Virus record (IMG/VR): IMGVR_UViG_3300001605_000010
Location: 62,001-119,004 of that record
Direction: 5' to 3' (one strand)
Length of the DNA: 57,004 nt
From: an uncultured virus (IMG/VR IMGVR_UViG_3300001605_000010)
Lineage: Duplodnaviria; Heunggongvirae; Uroviricota; Caudoviricetes
The translations under genes and the position numbers were made by a program. The notes beneath the pieces are model-generated. The model was not told the origin of the DNA. It searched no databases and was given only the letters and a program-made list of their open reading frames with translations. Of the stretch, positions 21,856-30,507 are shown in pieces. Each line of letters starts with the position of its first letter. Within the stretch, counting starts at the first letter, position 1.

Positions 21856-22150
21856 TTTTAGTCTCCTCGTAACTCATTACCATACGTGTCAGGGGTTCCA
21901 TTTTTTCTATTATAACATCAGGTGATCGTTCTGCCAACCTGTGTAGATGATATTCTGAGGGATAATGTCTCAGCAGGCCACGAGCATGTTGCCTTATGTT
22001 CTTGGGCACCCGAGGCGTGCTTTGTGGATCGGTTAGAGCCAGAAGGAAATCCGCGGCTTGCCTGATGGCACGATAGCGTTCGTCAGGTAAGGTCATTTCT
22101 TGCTCGAGTTGTATGTTGCTGTGGATGACATAGGTCCAATCCTGTTTCAC
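21842..22150 (-). CDS. Hypothetical protein
   Basis: MTLPDERYRA...LRHYP; coupled to both neighbours. Confidence 0.6.
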   Translation of the reverse strand: MKQDWTYVIHSNIQLEQEMTLPDERYRAIRQAADFLLALTDPQSTPRVPKNIRQHARGLLRHYPSEYHLHRLAERSPDVIIEKMEPLTRMVMSYEETKNDAS

Positions 22151-22491
22151 TTCTTGGCATCTAATCGATCGATCGATCGTTGCACGGTGTTGATGAAATT
22201 CTGTGCCACATCCCGGCTCATGATGATGTCACCGCTGTATCGGCTGTGGCCAAAAAACAGCACACGGAAGGCTTCCCGGAAACGGTTGAATCCCCGGTCC
22301 CAGATAGGAGTGGTGAATTCTCGATAAAAAGTCACGGTGACGTCACGCACCTCTGCATCGGATTCTACTTCTACCCAGACATCAACATCGTGTTCGTGAT
22401 GATGGCAATCGCAGGCTATGCGATAGCAGTCGGCGTCAGACCATTCACCGGTCTTCATGATATTTCTAGAAGGTTCTTGGGTATTTTTCAT
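22147..22491 (-). CDS. Hypothetical protein
   Basis: 114-aa ORF immediately downstream of the promoter at 22498-22526. Confidence 0.6.
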   Translation of the reverse strand: MKNTQEPSRNIMKTGEWSDADCYRIACDCHHHEHDVDVWVEVESDAEVRDVTVTFYREFTTPIWDRGFNRFREAFRVLFFGHSRYSGDIIMSRDVAQNFINTVQRSIDRLDAKK

Positions 22492-22497
22492 TCTACT

Positions 22498-22526
22498 ATT
22501 ATAGCACGACCCAGATTATTGGTCAA
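22498..22526 (-). promoter_or_regulatory. sigma70-type early promoter
   Basis: TTGACC-N17-TATAAT. Confidence 0.75.
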
Positions 22527-22849
22527 CCGCGATCAAGCAGATGCTTTTTGATCGTGATTTTACTGTATTCCTCGGCTTCGGGCAAGGGATCTATTCTTTT
22601 GGTGATCACCGGCCAAGACCGGGCGAGATCTGCGTTGATCTGGATGAACTCTCGCTGATCGTCGGGCACGTCTTCTTCGGCATAGATAGCATTTACTGGA
22701 CATTCTGGCACGCACACAGCACAATCGATGCACTGGTCAGGATCAATCACCAGGAAGTTTGGACCTATTTTAAAACAGTCCACGGGACAAACGTCAACGC
22801 AATCGGTATAACGGCATTTTACACATGCTTCGGTAACTACAAATGTCAC
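22523..22849 (-). CDS. fdxA: 7Fe ferredoxin (FdxA type)
   Basis: [25 protein letters not shown]...[16 protein letters not shown]. Confidence 0.93.
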   Translation of the reverse strand: MTFVVTEACVKCRYTDCVDVCPVDCFKIGPNFLVIDPDQCIDCAVCVPECPVNAIYAEEDVPDDQREFIQINADLARSWPVITKRIDPLPEAEEYSKITIKKHLLDRG

Positions 22850-22853
22850 TGAG

Positions 22854-23318
22854 TCAACCTATCTGTTGTAGTGCTCGCCAGGCACGTGACTTTTCCCGGC
22901 ACTCCTGGAGTTTGGCTTCGTATTGCTCGCGTAGCTCGCGGAGTTGATCCCACTCTGCTTCCATCTCGGGATCTGGGCACAGCATGTTGAGGCGATCGCC
23001 GATTTCTTTTATGGTGGCCATGAGACTCACACCATTGATATCGATATCAGCATCTTCTCCTCGGAGGCTCAGTTTTCCTTCGGGTCTGCCCCAGCCGTTG
23101 CCCCAGACCATGGTGTCATCCACAGTGAGCGTGCCGGGTGAGGCGATGTTGGAATTGAGCCAAGAGCTGTTACTGATAGTGAGATTGGGGCAGAGATTTC
23201 CAAAATCCAAGGTATACGATGAATCACCAGTGACGCTGGCATACGCCTCAGTATATTCTAGATTATTGGTCAGTGTGTCTGTCAGACTGATCGTGATAGA
23301 GTCTTGTGTAGTGTCCAT
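22854..23318 (-). CDS. Hypothetical protein
   Basis: 154-aa ORF with a C-terminal coiled coil. Confidence 0.6.
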   Translation of the reverse strand: MDTTQDSITISLTDTLTNNLEYTEAYASVTGDSSYTLDFGNLCPNLTISNSSWLNSNIASPGTLTVDDTMVWGNGWGRPEGKLSLRGEDADIDINGVSLMATIKEIGDRLNMLCPDPEMEAEWDQLRELREQYEAKLQECREKSRAWRALQQIG

Positions 23319-23452
23319 GTGTTGTTTCCATTATCGGTCCATGCTAACTCATCACCGATATTCCATCCTAGTTCATTGATGAGTTCATCGGGAAACTGGA
23401 GATAGTGTTCCCCAGTTTCCGGATCTTGTTGTACTTCTAGAGTCAGTTTCAT
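23282..23452 (-). CDS. AbrB/MazE-like small DNA-binding protein
   Basis: LQFPDELINELGWNIGDEL; ATGA overlap with the BI-1 gene. Confidence 0.55.
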   Translation of the reverse strand: MKLTLEVQQDPETGEHYLQFPDELINELGWNIGDELAWTDNGNNTWTLHKTLSRSV

Positions 23453-24120
23453 TCTCTGTTGCCAAACAGTTGCAACAAACTGACGAAGATGTTGATAAAG
23501 TTGATGTAAAGGCTTAGTGCACCAAACCACTGCATGCGAGAGATCTCATCTGGAGTAGCGTTCCAAAACATGTCCCGGATACGGTTCATGTCATAGGCCG
23601 TGAGTCCCAGGAAGATCACGATTGTGAGCACGTTCAGGGTCATCTGCAGAGCAGTTGACTCAAACCAGATATTGAACAAGCCAGCCACGATCAGGCCGAT
23701 CACACCGGCAAACAGGAAACTGCCCCAGGATGAGAGATCTTTTTTAGTAAAATATCCCCATGCTGCCAGAGCAGAAAAGCTCACAGTGGTTCCAACTAAA
23801 GCCTGCACGATAGATGCCGAAGTATAAACAGCAAAAATCAATGAAAGGCTCAGGCCCATAACGGCCGCGAATGCGAAGTACCAGAGTCGGATGGTACTCT
23901 CAGTCATTTCATTTCCTCGCCAGGCCAAGTACAAGCTCATGGCCAAGGGTGCGAAAATGATGACCCAACCCACCACGCCCGAGAACAAGACTGGAACCAG
24001 TCCCATCCAATTTACTACTGCGGCTGCCAGTAGGGTGGCTGCGACACCACCGGCCATGCGTCCCAACACACCTGCCACTGCGGTGTTGAGGCTCTCGGCT
24101 GCTGAAATACTAGGATTCAT
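23449..24120 (-). CDS. Bax inhibitor-1/YccA family membrane protein
   Basis: About seven TM helices; TKKDLS, LTAYD and ALSLYINFINIFVSLLQLFG motifs. Confidence 0.9.
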   Translation of the reverse strand: MNPSISAAESLNTAVAGVLGRMAGGVAATLLAAAVVNWMGLVPVLFSGVVGWVIIFAPLAMSLYLAWRGNEMTESTIRLWYFAFAAVMGLSLSLIFAVYTSASIVQALVGTTVSFSALAAWGYFTKKDLSSWGSFLFAGVIGLIVAGLFNIWFESTALQMTLNVLTIVIFLGLTAYDMNRIRDMFWNATPDEISRMQWFGALSLYINFINIFVSLLQLFGNRE

Positions 24121-24271
24121 CTTTGCTGTTCTCCTCGTTTAAAAATGCTTCGTCAAACACCAGTGCGTCCCACTCTTCATCGGATAGATTGTGAAGCTCA
24201 GTACAAAATCCCGTGGCACTGCGACCACAACCGCAGGGTACAGCATCCTTGGTCGAGGTCAGTGAGATCAT
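24110..24271 (-). CDS. CDGSH-like Fe-S mini-protein (53 aa, below the ORF-track cut-off)
   Basis: Translated by hand: MISLTSTKDAVPCGCGRSATGFCTELHNLSDEEW...; ATGA overlap with cytochrome c. Confidence 0.55.
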   Translation of the reverse strand: MISLTSTKDAVPCGCGRSATGFCTELHNLSDEEWDALVFDEAFLNEENSKDES

Positions 24272-24564
24272 TTTGTGTTTAATATCCAAGTGGCTAATTT
24301 TTTAGCATCGACTTCGCTTAATTGCGCCTGCGCTGGCATGGGAATCGGTCCCCATTTACCTGCTCCACCCTTACGGATACTGGCAGCAAGTGTGTCTGCT
24401 GATGTTCCAGCATACTTTTTGGCTACATCACGATAAGACGGTCCTACCAACTTTTTATCCACAGCGTGACAGGCCATGCAGTTGTTTTTGGTGGCCAAGG
24501 CCTGATCAGCCTGGGCAGTGGCAGCCCCTACCACAAACAACACGGGCAAAAGTAGGTATTTCAT
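24268..24564 (-). CDS. Class I cytochrome c (c551/c552-like) with signal peptide
   Basis: Signal peptide, CMACH heme-binding motif, KLVGP, and WGPIPMP axial Met. Confidence 0.93.
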   Translation of the reverse strand: MKYLLLPVLFVVGAATAQADQALATKNNCMACHAVDKKLVGPSYRDVAKKYAGTSADTLAASIRKGGAGKWGPIPMPAQAQLSEVDAKKLATWILNTK

Positions 24565-24752
24565 TTGGCAGCGGCCAGGGCTTCTTTTTCTGCGGTGATT
24601 TCTTTCCTGCGCTCTTTGATGGCCTTGGTCATTTCTTGTAGAGCCTTGCGAGCACGTGCGGCCGCGGCTTTTACGCCTTTGCCTGTGAACTTTTCGTTTT
24701 CCGCGATGTAAGTTTCAAAAGCGGCTTTGATTGCGTCGTGATTTTGTGACAT
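24561..24752 (-). CDS. Histone H1/Hc1-like small basic protein
   Basis: KFTGKGVKAAAARARKALQEM.KAIKERRKEI. Confidence 0.7.
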   Translation of the reverse strand: MSQNHDAIKAAFETYIAENEKFTGKGVKAAAARARKALQEMTKAIKERRKEITAEKEALAAAK

Positions 24753-24753
24753 G

Positions 24754-24936
24754 TTATTTTCCTTTTAAGATTAAAATTCCTACTGCTTCATCAGGCACGA
24801 TTTGTTCCTGATCTTCAATCAACTTCCCATTTACTTCTTTGATCCAGGCTGCAAATTTAACATCCCGGACCCAGGGATCATCTGATGAATCTACTCCAGC
24901 CATGTACATCGCCTGTGTCAAAGTGATTTGATGCAT
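24754..24936 (-). CDS. Hypothetical protein
   Basis: 60-aa ORF with AAGGAG RBS; TAAATA at 24973-24978. Confidence 0.55.
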   Translation of the reverse strand: MHQITLTQAMYMAGVDSSDDPWVRDVKFAAWIKEVNGKLIEDQEQIVPDEAVGILILKGK

Positions 24937-24997
24937 CTGATGCTCCTTGGTTGGTAATACTGTATTTTATGCTATTTAATCCAGGGTGTCAAGGTTT

Positions 24998-25279
24998 TTA
25001 CCACCATGCCAGGGCACGCCCAAATCCAAACACATTGAGAATGGCAAAATATGCCGTGACCATCATGATCCAGGCCGCACCGCGTCGATAGCTGGCCCAA
25101 CACTGTGTGACAGCACCTAGGAAAAACGCCGGGTAAACATGCGACATGTTGGGTGACTGGGCAGTGATAGCCAGAGTCAAACTGGCTCCCACAGTGAAAA
25201 CAAAACTAATCATTTCCAGCCAAAAAGCTCCTGGATCTGAGCGAAAACTGGCACTCCAGAAATCTCGTATACGTTGCAC
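24998..25279 (-). CDS. Small membrane protein (paralogue of 52261-52554)
   Basis: Three TM segments; FWLE...RG motif shared with 52261-52554. Confidence 0.6.
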   Translation of the reverse strand: MQRIRDFWSASFRSDPGAFWLEMISFVFTVGASLTLAITAQSPNMSHVYPAFFLGAVTQCWASYRRGAAWIMMVTAYFAILNVFGFGRALAWW

Positions 25280-25280
25280 T

Positions 25281-25520
25281 TTAGACTTCGATATGTCGTT
25301 TGTTCCAGGCATCCCAGATCGTGACCTGGTTCCAGTCTCCGCGCCAGGTCATCTGGAAGATACTGTAACTGCGATTTTCAAAAATCTTCATCCTGTTGTT
25401 TTCTATAGTGACTTGTACGTTGGCTGTGCGAGCCCAGTTTCGCAAAGCGGTTTCGGCATTTTGATCACGCACAATGATGATATAAAGAGGCTCTGAAGCT
25501 CGGAAGTTGCTGATGGTCAT
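25281..25520 (-). CDS. Hypothetical protein
   Basis: 79-aa ORF within the operon. Confidence 0.6.
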   Translation of the reverse strand: MTISNFRASEPLYIIIVRDQNAETALRNWARTANVQVTIENNRMKIFENRSYSIFQMTWRGDWNQVTIWDAWNKRHIEV

Positions 25521-25525
25521 CTAGA

Positions 25526-25776
25526 TTAATGCAGTGTGGCGCCTTGGGGCGCTTCTTTTAATTTATGGTCTTTTCTAGTGTTTAATATCATTAGGAAATC
25601 CTGGTCCAGGGCCAGATAATCATGATCATGTTGACGGGCTCGATCCNCGTCCCACACCTACCANNCGCATCATGGCACCCACGGGAACTATTTCATTAAC
25701 CACGATGATACATGACTTNNCAGATGTCTATCAAGAGTTCACGTATGGCATCTTCAAGTTGGTGATCATCGAACAT
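25526..25776 (-). CDS. Hypothetical protein disrupted by Ns/frameshift
   Basis: Begins MFDDHQLEDAIRELL and ends GATLH; contains five Ns and its length is not a multiple of three. Confidence 0.4.
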
Positions 25777-25815
25777 AACACAGTTAATTATGCCAGATCC
25801 ACCAAAACGGTCAAC

Positions 25816-25844
25816 AAAAGAAAACCGCCCTCTAAGGGGCGGTT
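25816..25844 (-). terminator. Rho-independent terminator
   Basis: AACCGCCC stem followed by TTCTTTT on the minus strand. Confidence 0.7.
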
Positions 25845-25946
25845 ACGTTTGGATCGCCGGGATCCAGTTGGGTTGACGTTGCGTTTAGGCTTCGTCAGCG
25901 ATCTTGGTAGTGACCTTGGACTTTGCAGCCGTACCGGTCTTGAGCG

Positions 25947-26228
25947 TCACACGCACTTCGCCTCGGCGAGCGGCTTTTGCGTTTTTTCTGCCAGTTTGTT
26001 GGCTACTGCATAGCCAGCGTCACCTTCGGTGATACCCAGCTCTTTAAGATACTCTAGAGCTTCGAGCTTGGTCATTGCACGGGGCAGCTCTACCAAGTTG
26101 ATGTTGGTGCAGTTGGCCTTGGACAGGATCTTCACACGAGCCACCATGTCATTGGCGAAACGTGCTTTGGTGGTGCCATCGGGGTTGGTTGCGGTGCCTG
26201 CTACTGTAAAAAGTTTTTCTGTTGCCAT
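25947..26228 (-). CDS. Hypothetical protein (possible frameshifted C-terminus extending to about 25885)
   Basis: 93-aa ORF; the -1 frame continues KAARRGEVRVTLKTG...DEA*. Confidence 0.6.
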   Translation of the reverse strand: MATEKLFTVAGTATNPDGTTKARFANDMVARVKILSKANCTNINLVELPRAMTKLEALEYLKELGITEGDAGYAVANKLAEKTQKPLAEAKCV

Positions 26229-26312
26229 GATTGTCGTGCCTTTCGTAAAAATTGCCTAGTTGAGAAGTTAGAATTGCTATTTCGAAATATGCCAATTTCT
26301 TAGCATACCCAT

Positions 26313-26341
26313 ATTATAGCAAAAAGAGTATTAATGGTCAA
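26313..26341 (-). promoter_or_regulatory. sigma70-type early promoter
   Basis: TTGACC-N17-TATAAT-ATGGGTAT. Confidence 0.8.
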
Positions 26342-26660
26342 CCTCTTTTTGCTGTTTGGTTTTGCCCATTTTTGCCCGTTTTTTCGGGGCTGTTTCGGGC
26401 TCTGCCAAATCCTGCGATCGCACCTGCTGGCGTAACTCATGTAGATTCCGGCACTGCTGTTCAAATCTTCGGAAAGTGCGTTCGAATCGATTTTCGTAGA
26501 CCTTGACGTAAGCATCCATGGCCTGCATCACATCTTCTTCGCTCATGAGACCTTGTTGCCAGTCATCCAAGATTTCTCGGAGATCGGATGTGATGTTCCA
26601 GCACCTCAGGATGTCTTGCTCGAGATCAAAGTTCGTGTTCAATACAGGGTCTTCTATCAT
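26331..26660 (-). CDS. Hypothetical protein
   Basis: FDLEQDILRCWNITSDL; AAGGA RBS. Confidence 0.6.
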   Translation of the reverse strand: MIEDPVLNTNFDLEQDILRCWNITSDLREILDDWQQGLMSEEDVMQAMDAYVKVYENRFERTFRRFEQQCRNLHELRQQVRSQDLAEPETAPKKRAKMGKTKQQKEVDH

Positions 26661-26670
26661 TTGTTTTCCT

Positions 26671-27018
26671 TTACCAACTTGAGTTGTAAAAAACCTTGAG
26701 ACCCATGAACAGTTCCGCACGGGCATTCTTCACGAACTCAAGATCTTGATCGCGATAGTATTCACTGGCATCATCACCAAAGAAAAATCCTCTGGTTTCG
26801 GGCAGATCACCTTCGAGGACATCGTACTCTAATCTTTCCAGCATTGCCCAGGTGATTTCCAGCTCGTCGCCGTTGAAATCACCCGAGTTGCCTTCACTCT
26901 CCCACTCCCTTTGGAACCACCCATGCAATGATGGATGTTTCCTCCAGTAAGCGATTTCGCGTGGCTTTTCCCTCTGATTGGCACGAGCGGCTGCGTAGGC
27001 ATACATGTCCAAGCCCAT
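26671..27018 (-). CDS. Conserved phage early protein
   Basis: MGLDMY...YWRKHPSLHGW...GFFFG...YNSSW family motif. Confidence 0.7.
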   Translation of the reverse strand: MGLDMYAYAAARANQREKPREIAYWRKHPSLHGWFQREWESEGNSGDFNGDELEITWAMLERLEYDVLEGDLPETRGFFFGDDASEYYRDQDLEFVKNARAELFMGLKVFYNSSW

Positions 27019-27021
27019 GAT

Positions 27022-27231
27022 TTACTCGTCTCGATCGGCTTCGGTAGCTTCTTTCACCAAGGACACCAGTTGATCCACAGTGGCACACATGATCTTGGCC
27101 GACTTCCACTCACCTTCGGAGTCCTTGCCCGAGATCTCAAACATAAATCCATTGTCATACATGTTTACTGAAAAGCTCTCATTGACCTTGGCCAACTTGT
27201 CTTTGATAGTGCTGATTTGCTTCTTTGCCAT
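27022..27231 (-). CDS. Hypothetical protein
   Basis: 69-aa ORF with AAGGAG RBS. Confidence 0.65.
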   Translation of the reverse strand: MAKKQISTIKDKLAKVNESFSVNMYDNGFMFEISGKDSEGEWKSAKIMCATVDQLVSLVKEATEADRDE

Positions 27232-27245
27232 TTTACTTCTCCTTT

Positions 27246-27587
27246 TTAAGTGATTACTACATCGGTCAGATCACGACGATCTGAATAAAACTTATGTCCG
27301 ATCCGCCGCACAGTATCAGCCATGCCTTGCGGATTGTCTTCAAATGCTTGGACAATGTCATCTACAGTGATGCCATCTTCCAAGGAGATGATGTAGATCT
27401 CGTAATGCCGTTGTGGGTTGGCCTGTGCCCGTAGTCGCCAATGCAAGAGGCTGGGCGGCGCCGGCACTTCACCACCGGATTTACCTTGCAACACGGCCCA
27501 GGTGCGTTTCTTTTCGATATCTGTGACATTTACAGCGGCTTCCAAACCGTTGCAGTCCCACATCAGGGCAATGGTATCAGTGCTCAT
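27246..27587 (-). CDS. Hypothetical protein
   Basis: MWDCNGLE...LRAQANPQRHYEIY. Confidence 0.65.
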   Translation of the reverse strand: MSTDTIALMWDCNGLEAAVNVTDIEKKRTWAVLQGKSGGEVPAPPSLLHWRLRAQANPQRHYEIYIISLEDGITVDDIVQAFEDNPQGMADTVRRIGHKFYSDRRDLTDVVIT

Positions 27588-27804
27588 ATCGCCAGGGACT
27601 TTCTAGATCTTCATCCTGTGTTTCACTGAGTTCGATGAGATTGACCCAACTACCGGCACTCCTACGTAGATAGTCTAGTCCACCGTCCACCGATATCTCG
27701 CCACAACCACAAGTGACAAAATCATGTCGATTGGTTGATTCAATAATGTCTCCGCATTTGCCACACTGAGCACGATTGCGTATGACTCTGGTTATAGTTG
27801 GCAT
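27577..27804 (-). CDS. Small Zn-binding protein
   Basis: CGKCGDIIES...HDFVTCGCGEISVDGG. Confidence 0.7.
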   Translation of the reverse strand: MPTITRVIRNRAQCGKCGDIIESTNRHDFVTCGCGEISVDGGLDYLRRSAGSWVNLIELSETQDEDLESPWRYEH

Positions 27805-28505
27805 TATACGATCCTCACACGGTTGAGTTGGGTGGCGTCCGAGCGATGTGCTTTGACCGAACCTCGAATAGTGATCCATTCGCCTACTGTTCGTTTATCG
27901 CGATAACTGAAAAACACCATCTGGTGCCCGTCGGTCTTGGCAGTGATGAAGTACACCCCATAGTTCTGGCTGTACACGGCCTTGACCACTTCGACGTTGA
28001 GTTGCACCTTTTCTCCTACCTCAGCCACTGGTGTGGAGATCACATCTGCCATGACCTGCTCCATGCGTGTGCCTTCGCGATAAGCACGGATCTGGCTTGT
28101 GACCAAAGCGATCTCATAGCGATCCGCACCGGTCATGAACTCTTCCATGTCCACCACCGAACTCATGGACTGTTCGAAATCGGAAAGCCGACCTCGGAGA
28201 GCCTTGAACACCAAGTTCTTGCGGACCCACTCACGTGCCCGACGACCCACTTCAATGTCCTCGCCATGAATCAGGCTAATATCACGGATCGCATTCCACA
28301 TCAAGGTCTTGTTGGCCGGCTTTTCTATATAGGCCGGTGTAGCATTGGTCATCCACCGCTCTTCTTTGAGATACTCTCCACCGTTCTCACGATCAGCATA
28401 GGCCGCGGCTGCCCAGATGCGCTCTGCTGGCAACACGACGTCAGCGGGCTGTTGGCGGGGCTTGCGGGTCCTGGGTGTCATGGTCTGATAATATGTGGGA
28501 TACAT
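27804..28505 (-). CDS. Hypothetical protein with C-terminal OB-like fold
   Basis: C-terminal VGEKVQLNVEV...IRGSVKAH...TQLNRV. Confidence 0.6.
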   Translation of the reverse strand: MYPTYYQTMTPRTRKPRQQPADVVLPAERIWAAAAYADRENGGEYLKEERWMTNATPAYIEKPANKTLMWNAIRDISLIHGEDIEVGRRAREWVRKNLVFKALRGRLSDFEQSMSSVVDMEEFMTGADRYEIALVTSQIRAYREGTRMEQVMADVISTPVAEVGEKVQLNVEVVKAVYSQNYGVYFITAKTDGHQMVFFSYRDKRTVGEWITIRGSVKAHRSDATQLNRVRIV

Positions 28506-28535
28506 GAGTGGCTCCTAATTTCTTACTATACCCAT

Positions 28536-28598
28536 ATTATACGAAATTGGGATTTTATGGTCAACCAGCACAAAACCACTAAGTTAGTGCGCACTTAC
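28536..28598 (-). promoter_or_regulatory. sigma70-type promoter plus upstream palindromic operator
   Basis: TTGACC-N17-TATAAT (28536-28564) and GTTAGTGCGCACTTAC (28583-28598). Confidence 0.75.
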
Positions 28599-29156
28599 CT
28601 AGCCCCGATCTCTAAAATACTCATAATGGGTGTCTAGGTTCCAGGTGTTCATATCCACTAGAACACCATCACGAGTCTCGACCTGGATACCCAATCCTTG
28701 ATAACGACGCCAGAACCAATAGGGATCTGGCGTGGTCTTTTGCAGACCTTGAGCAGCCAACTCACGATGCTTTGCTTTGCTAATGTCGCAGGCCGGACTG
28801 TTAAAAGCCTGATCGATAGTCATCCTCCCAGATAACACTGCATCACGTGATACCTTGATTGGTATCACGTGTTCAAATTCTATAGCAGTGTCTCGCGAAA
28901 GACCGCGTTCACGATAGTGGGCACCTTGGTTTTGCTCGATACAATATTCATGATACCTTCGCAATAACATCTCGAATTGATCACGTATCAATCTTGAAGT
29001 CTGATCATGCGTGTCGTGCTGTATGAATTCAGCTAACAGACGCTCTAGTTCGGCACGACAGCGATCATATGTCTGTTGATAGCTCTGTCCCGATCTCTGT
29101 ACCTTGGGCGCATCAGCAGGTCGATAACCTTCCATTAGGTTTCGCAGAGTGCTCAT
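28599..29156 (-). CDS. Putative His-Me (HNH-like) nuclease
   Basis: IEFEHVIP motif; coupled (ATGA) to the upstream ParB-like gene. Confidence 0.4.
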   Translation of the reverse strand: MSTLRNLMEGYRPADAPKVQRSGQSYQQTYDRCRAELERLLAEFIQHDTHDQTSRLIRDQFEMLLRRYHEYCIEQNQGAHYRERGLSRDTAIEFEHVIPIKVSRDAVLSGRMTIDQAFNSPACDISKAKHRELAAQGLQKTTPDPYWFWRRYQGLGIQVETRDGVLVDMNTWNLDTHYEYFRDRG

Positions 29157-30358
29157 TGCATCAGATCCTTGGCGTCAGGTTGGTAGGTATAATTGGGTCG
29201 CTTGGGCATAGTGATGCCTCGAGCAGGAGCCCAAGTGGTGTTGAGCTGGTGCCAGAAAAAACTGATGCCCATGGGAACGTTCTTGCTGTTTCTGGGTTGA
29301 TCTCCCCAGGCCGCCTGCGGGATGCCATTGGTACGATTGTACTTCTTCCAGGCATTGACTACTGCTTGATATACCTGCTCCCAGTACACTCCTTTGGAGT
29401 CAAAGTTGGCATCAAACAGATCGATGCAGTGCTGAGCCAGATCTTCAATGTCCGCATCTGAGAGATCCACATCATCAAGTTCGCACATGTTCAGGAACTC
29501 GATGATGATGGGAATCTCCTTGGTATTGATGGGGCGCTTGTTGCGAGCAGTGGCCTGGGATTGTATCACATATCGTCCGTACACCGCAAACTTGCGAACC
29601 ACTTCCACCGAAGCATCATACACTTCGTTGAGACGACTGATGGCACCGGTTTCTTCGGTATCACCAAATTTCTCTGCGGTGAGGAACATGCCCGCATCAC
29701 GCAGATACTGCCATTTGGCATGCATATCTACCCATTCTGGTTCGGTGACACCATCACATTCCACACCGTAGATCATTTGCATCACGATGTCAATGATGTC
29801 CAGGGGTTTTTTACCGGCCATCTTGCCAGTGGTGCTGTTGTTGGAGATAAAAGTACCTCGCAGTTGTCCCCGAGTGCTCAAAGCATACTGGTTTACGGGC
29901 ACCATGACATCTTCAAAGGGTATTTTCAATCCAAACACCGCGATGAGGTAGAGAGCCAAAGCAGTGTGCTGCCCATCCCACCCCCCGTACAGGCCATTGC
30001 CAGCATCATATACCTGTATAGGCTGTGCTTGATAGGCCCGGAAGTTGGAGATGATGTTGAGGATCCACTTGAGATCGGGTTCGCGTTGCATGGTGGTATC
30101 TATCACGATTTTGTGCAAGGGTTTGTCTATGGCCTGGCACAAAGGAAAATTAGATCGATCGAAATTTTTGACTCGGGGATTGTTGCGCCGAAACTCAGCC
30201 AAGGCCTTTTTCAAGCCAGCTTGCCAGTTGCGCTGGGCAGCCGGGGGCAAGGCCTGGATAGTGTCGTTTAGTCTTTGTACCAGATCCACGAGATTGGATT
30301 GGCTGTTTTTGAATCGCCCATTACGAGCATCCGCGTAAGCGGTTAGAGATTGTGCCAT
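29153..30358 (-). CDS. ParB/Srx-like (DGQH) domain protein
   Basis: IDTTMQR...PIQVY...GWDGQHTALAL. Confidence 0.55.
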   Translation of the reverse strand: MAQSLTAYADARNGRFKNSQSNLVDLVQRLNDTIQALPPAAQRNWQAGLKKALAEFRRNNPRVKNFDRSNFPLCQAIDKPLHKIVIDTTMQREPDLKWILNIISNFRAYQAQPIQVYDAGNGLYGGWDGQHTALALYLIAVFGLKIPFEDVMVPVNQYALSTRGQLRGTFISNNSTTGKMAGKKPLDIIDIVMQMIYGVECDGVTEPEWVDMHAKWQYLRDAGMFLTAEKFGDTEETGAISRLNEVYDASVEVVRKFAVYGRYVIQSQATARNKRPINTKEIPIIIEFLNMCELDDVDLSDADIEDLAQHCIDLFDANFDSKGVYWEQVYQAVVNAWKKYNRTNGIPQAAWGDQPRNSKNVPMGISFFWHQLNTTWAPARGITMPKRPNYTYQPDAKDLMQ

Positions 30359-30455
30359 TATGGCTCCTTGGTTAGTAGCGAATACAGCGTGTTAGACCCC
30401 ATGTCCGAACACTGTTTTTATCGCCAGCTCAGCCTAAATTCAGACTGTAAAACAA

Positions 30456-30507
30456 AGTATACGAAAAAAGAAATTAGTGGTCAACCACCAGGTTAGTGCG
30501 TACTAAC
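30456..30507 (-). promoter_or_regulatory. sigma70-type promoter plus palindromic operator
   Basis: TTGACC-N17-TATACT (30456-30484) and GTTAGTGCGTACTAAC (30492-30507). Confidence 0.7.

Noticed and set aside
19158..24564. Bacterial chromosomal origin or contamination of the host-like genes
   Set aside because: They are interleaved and overlap-coupled with phage-type hypothetical genes, share phage promoter motifs, and lack their normal bacterial operon neighbours.
25526..25990. -1 frameshift extension of ORF 25947-26228 and the broken ORF at 25526-25776
   Set aside because: Low-quality region with five Ns and no canonical slippery heptamer.
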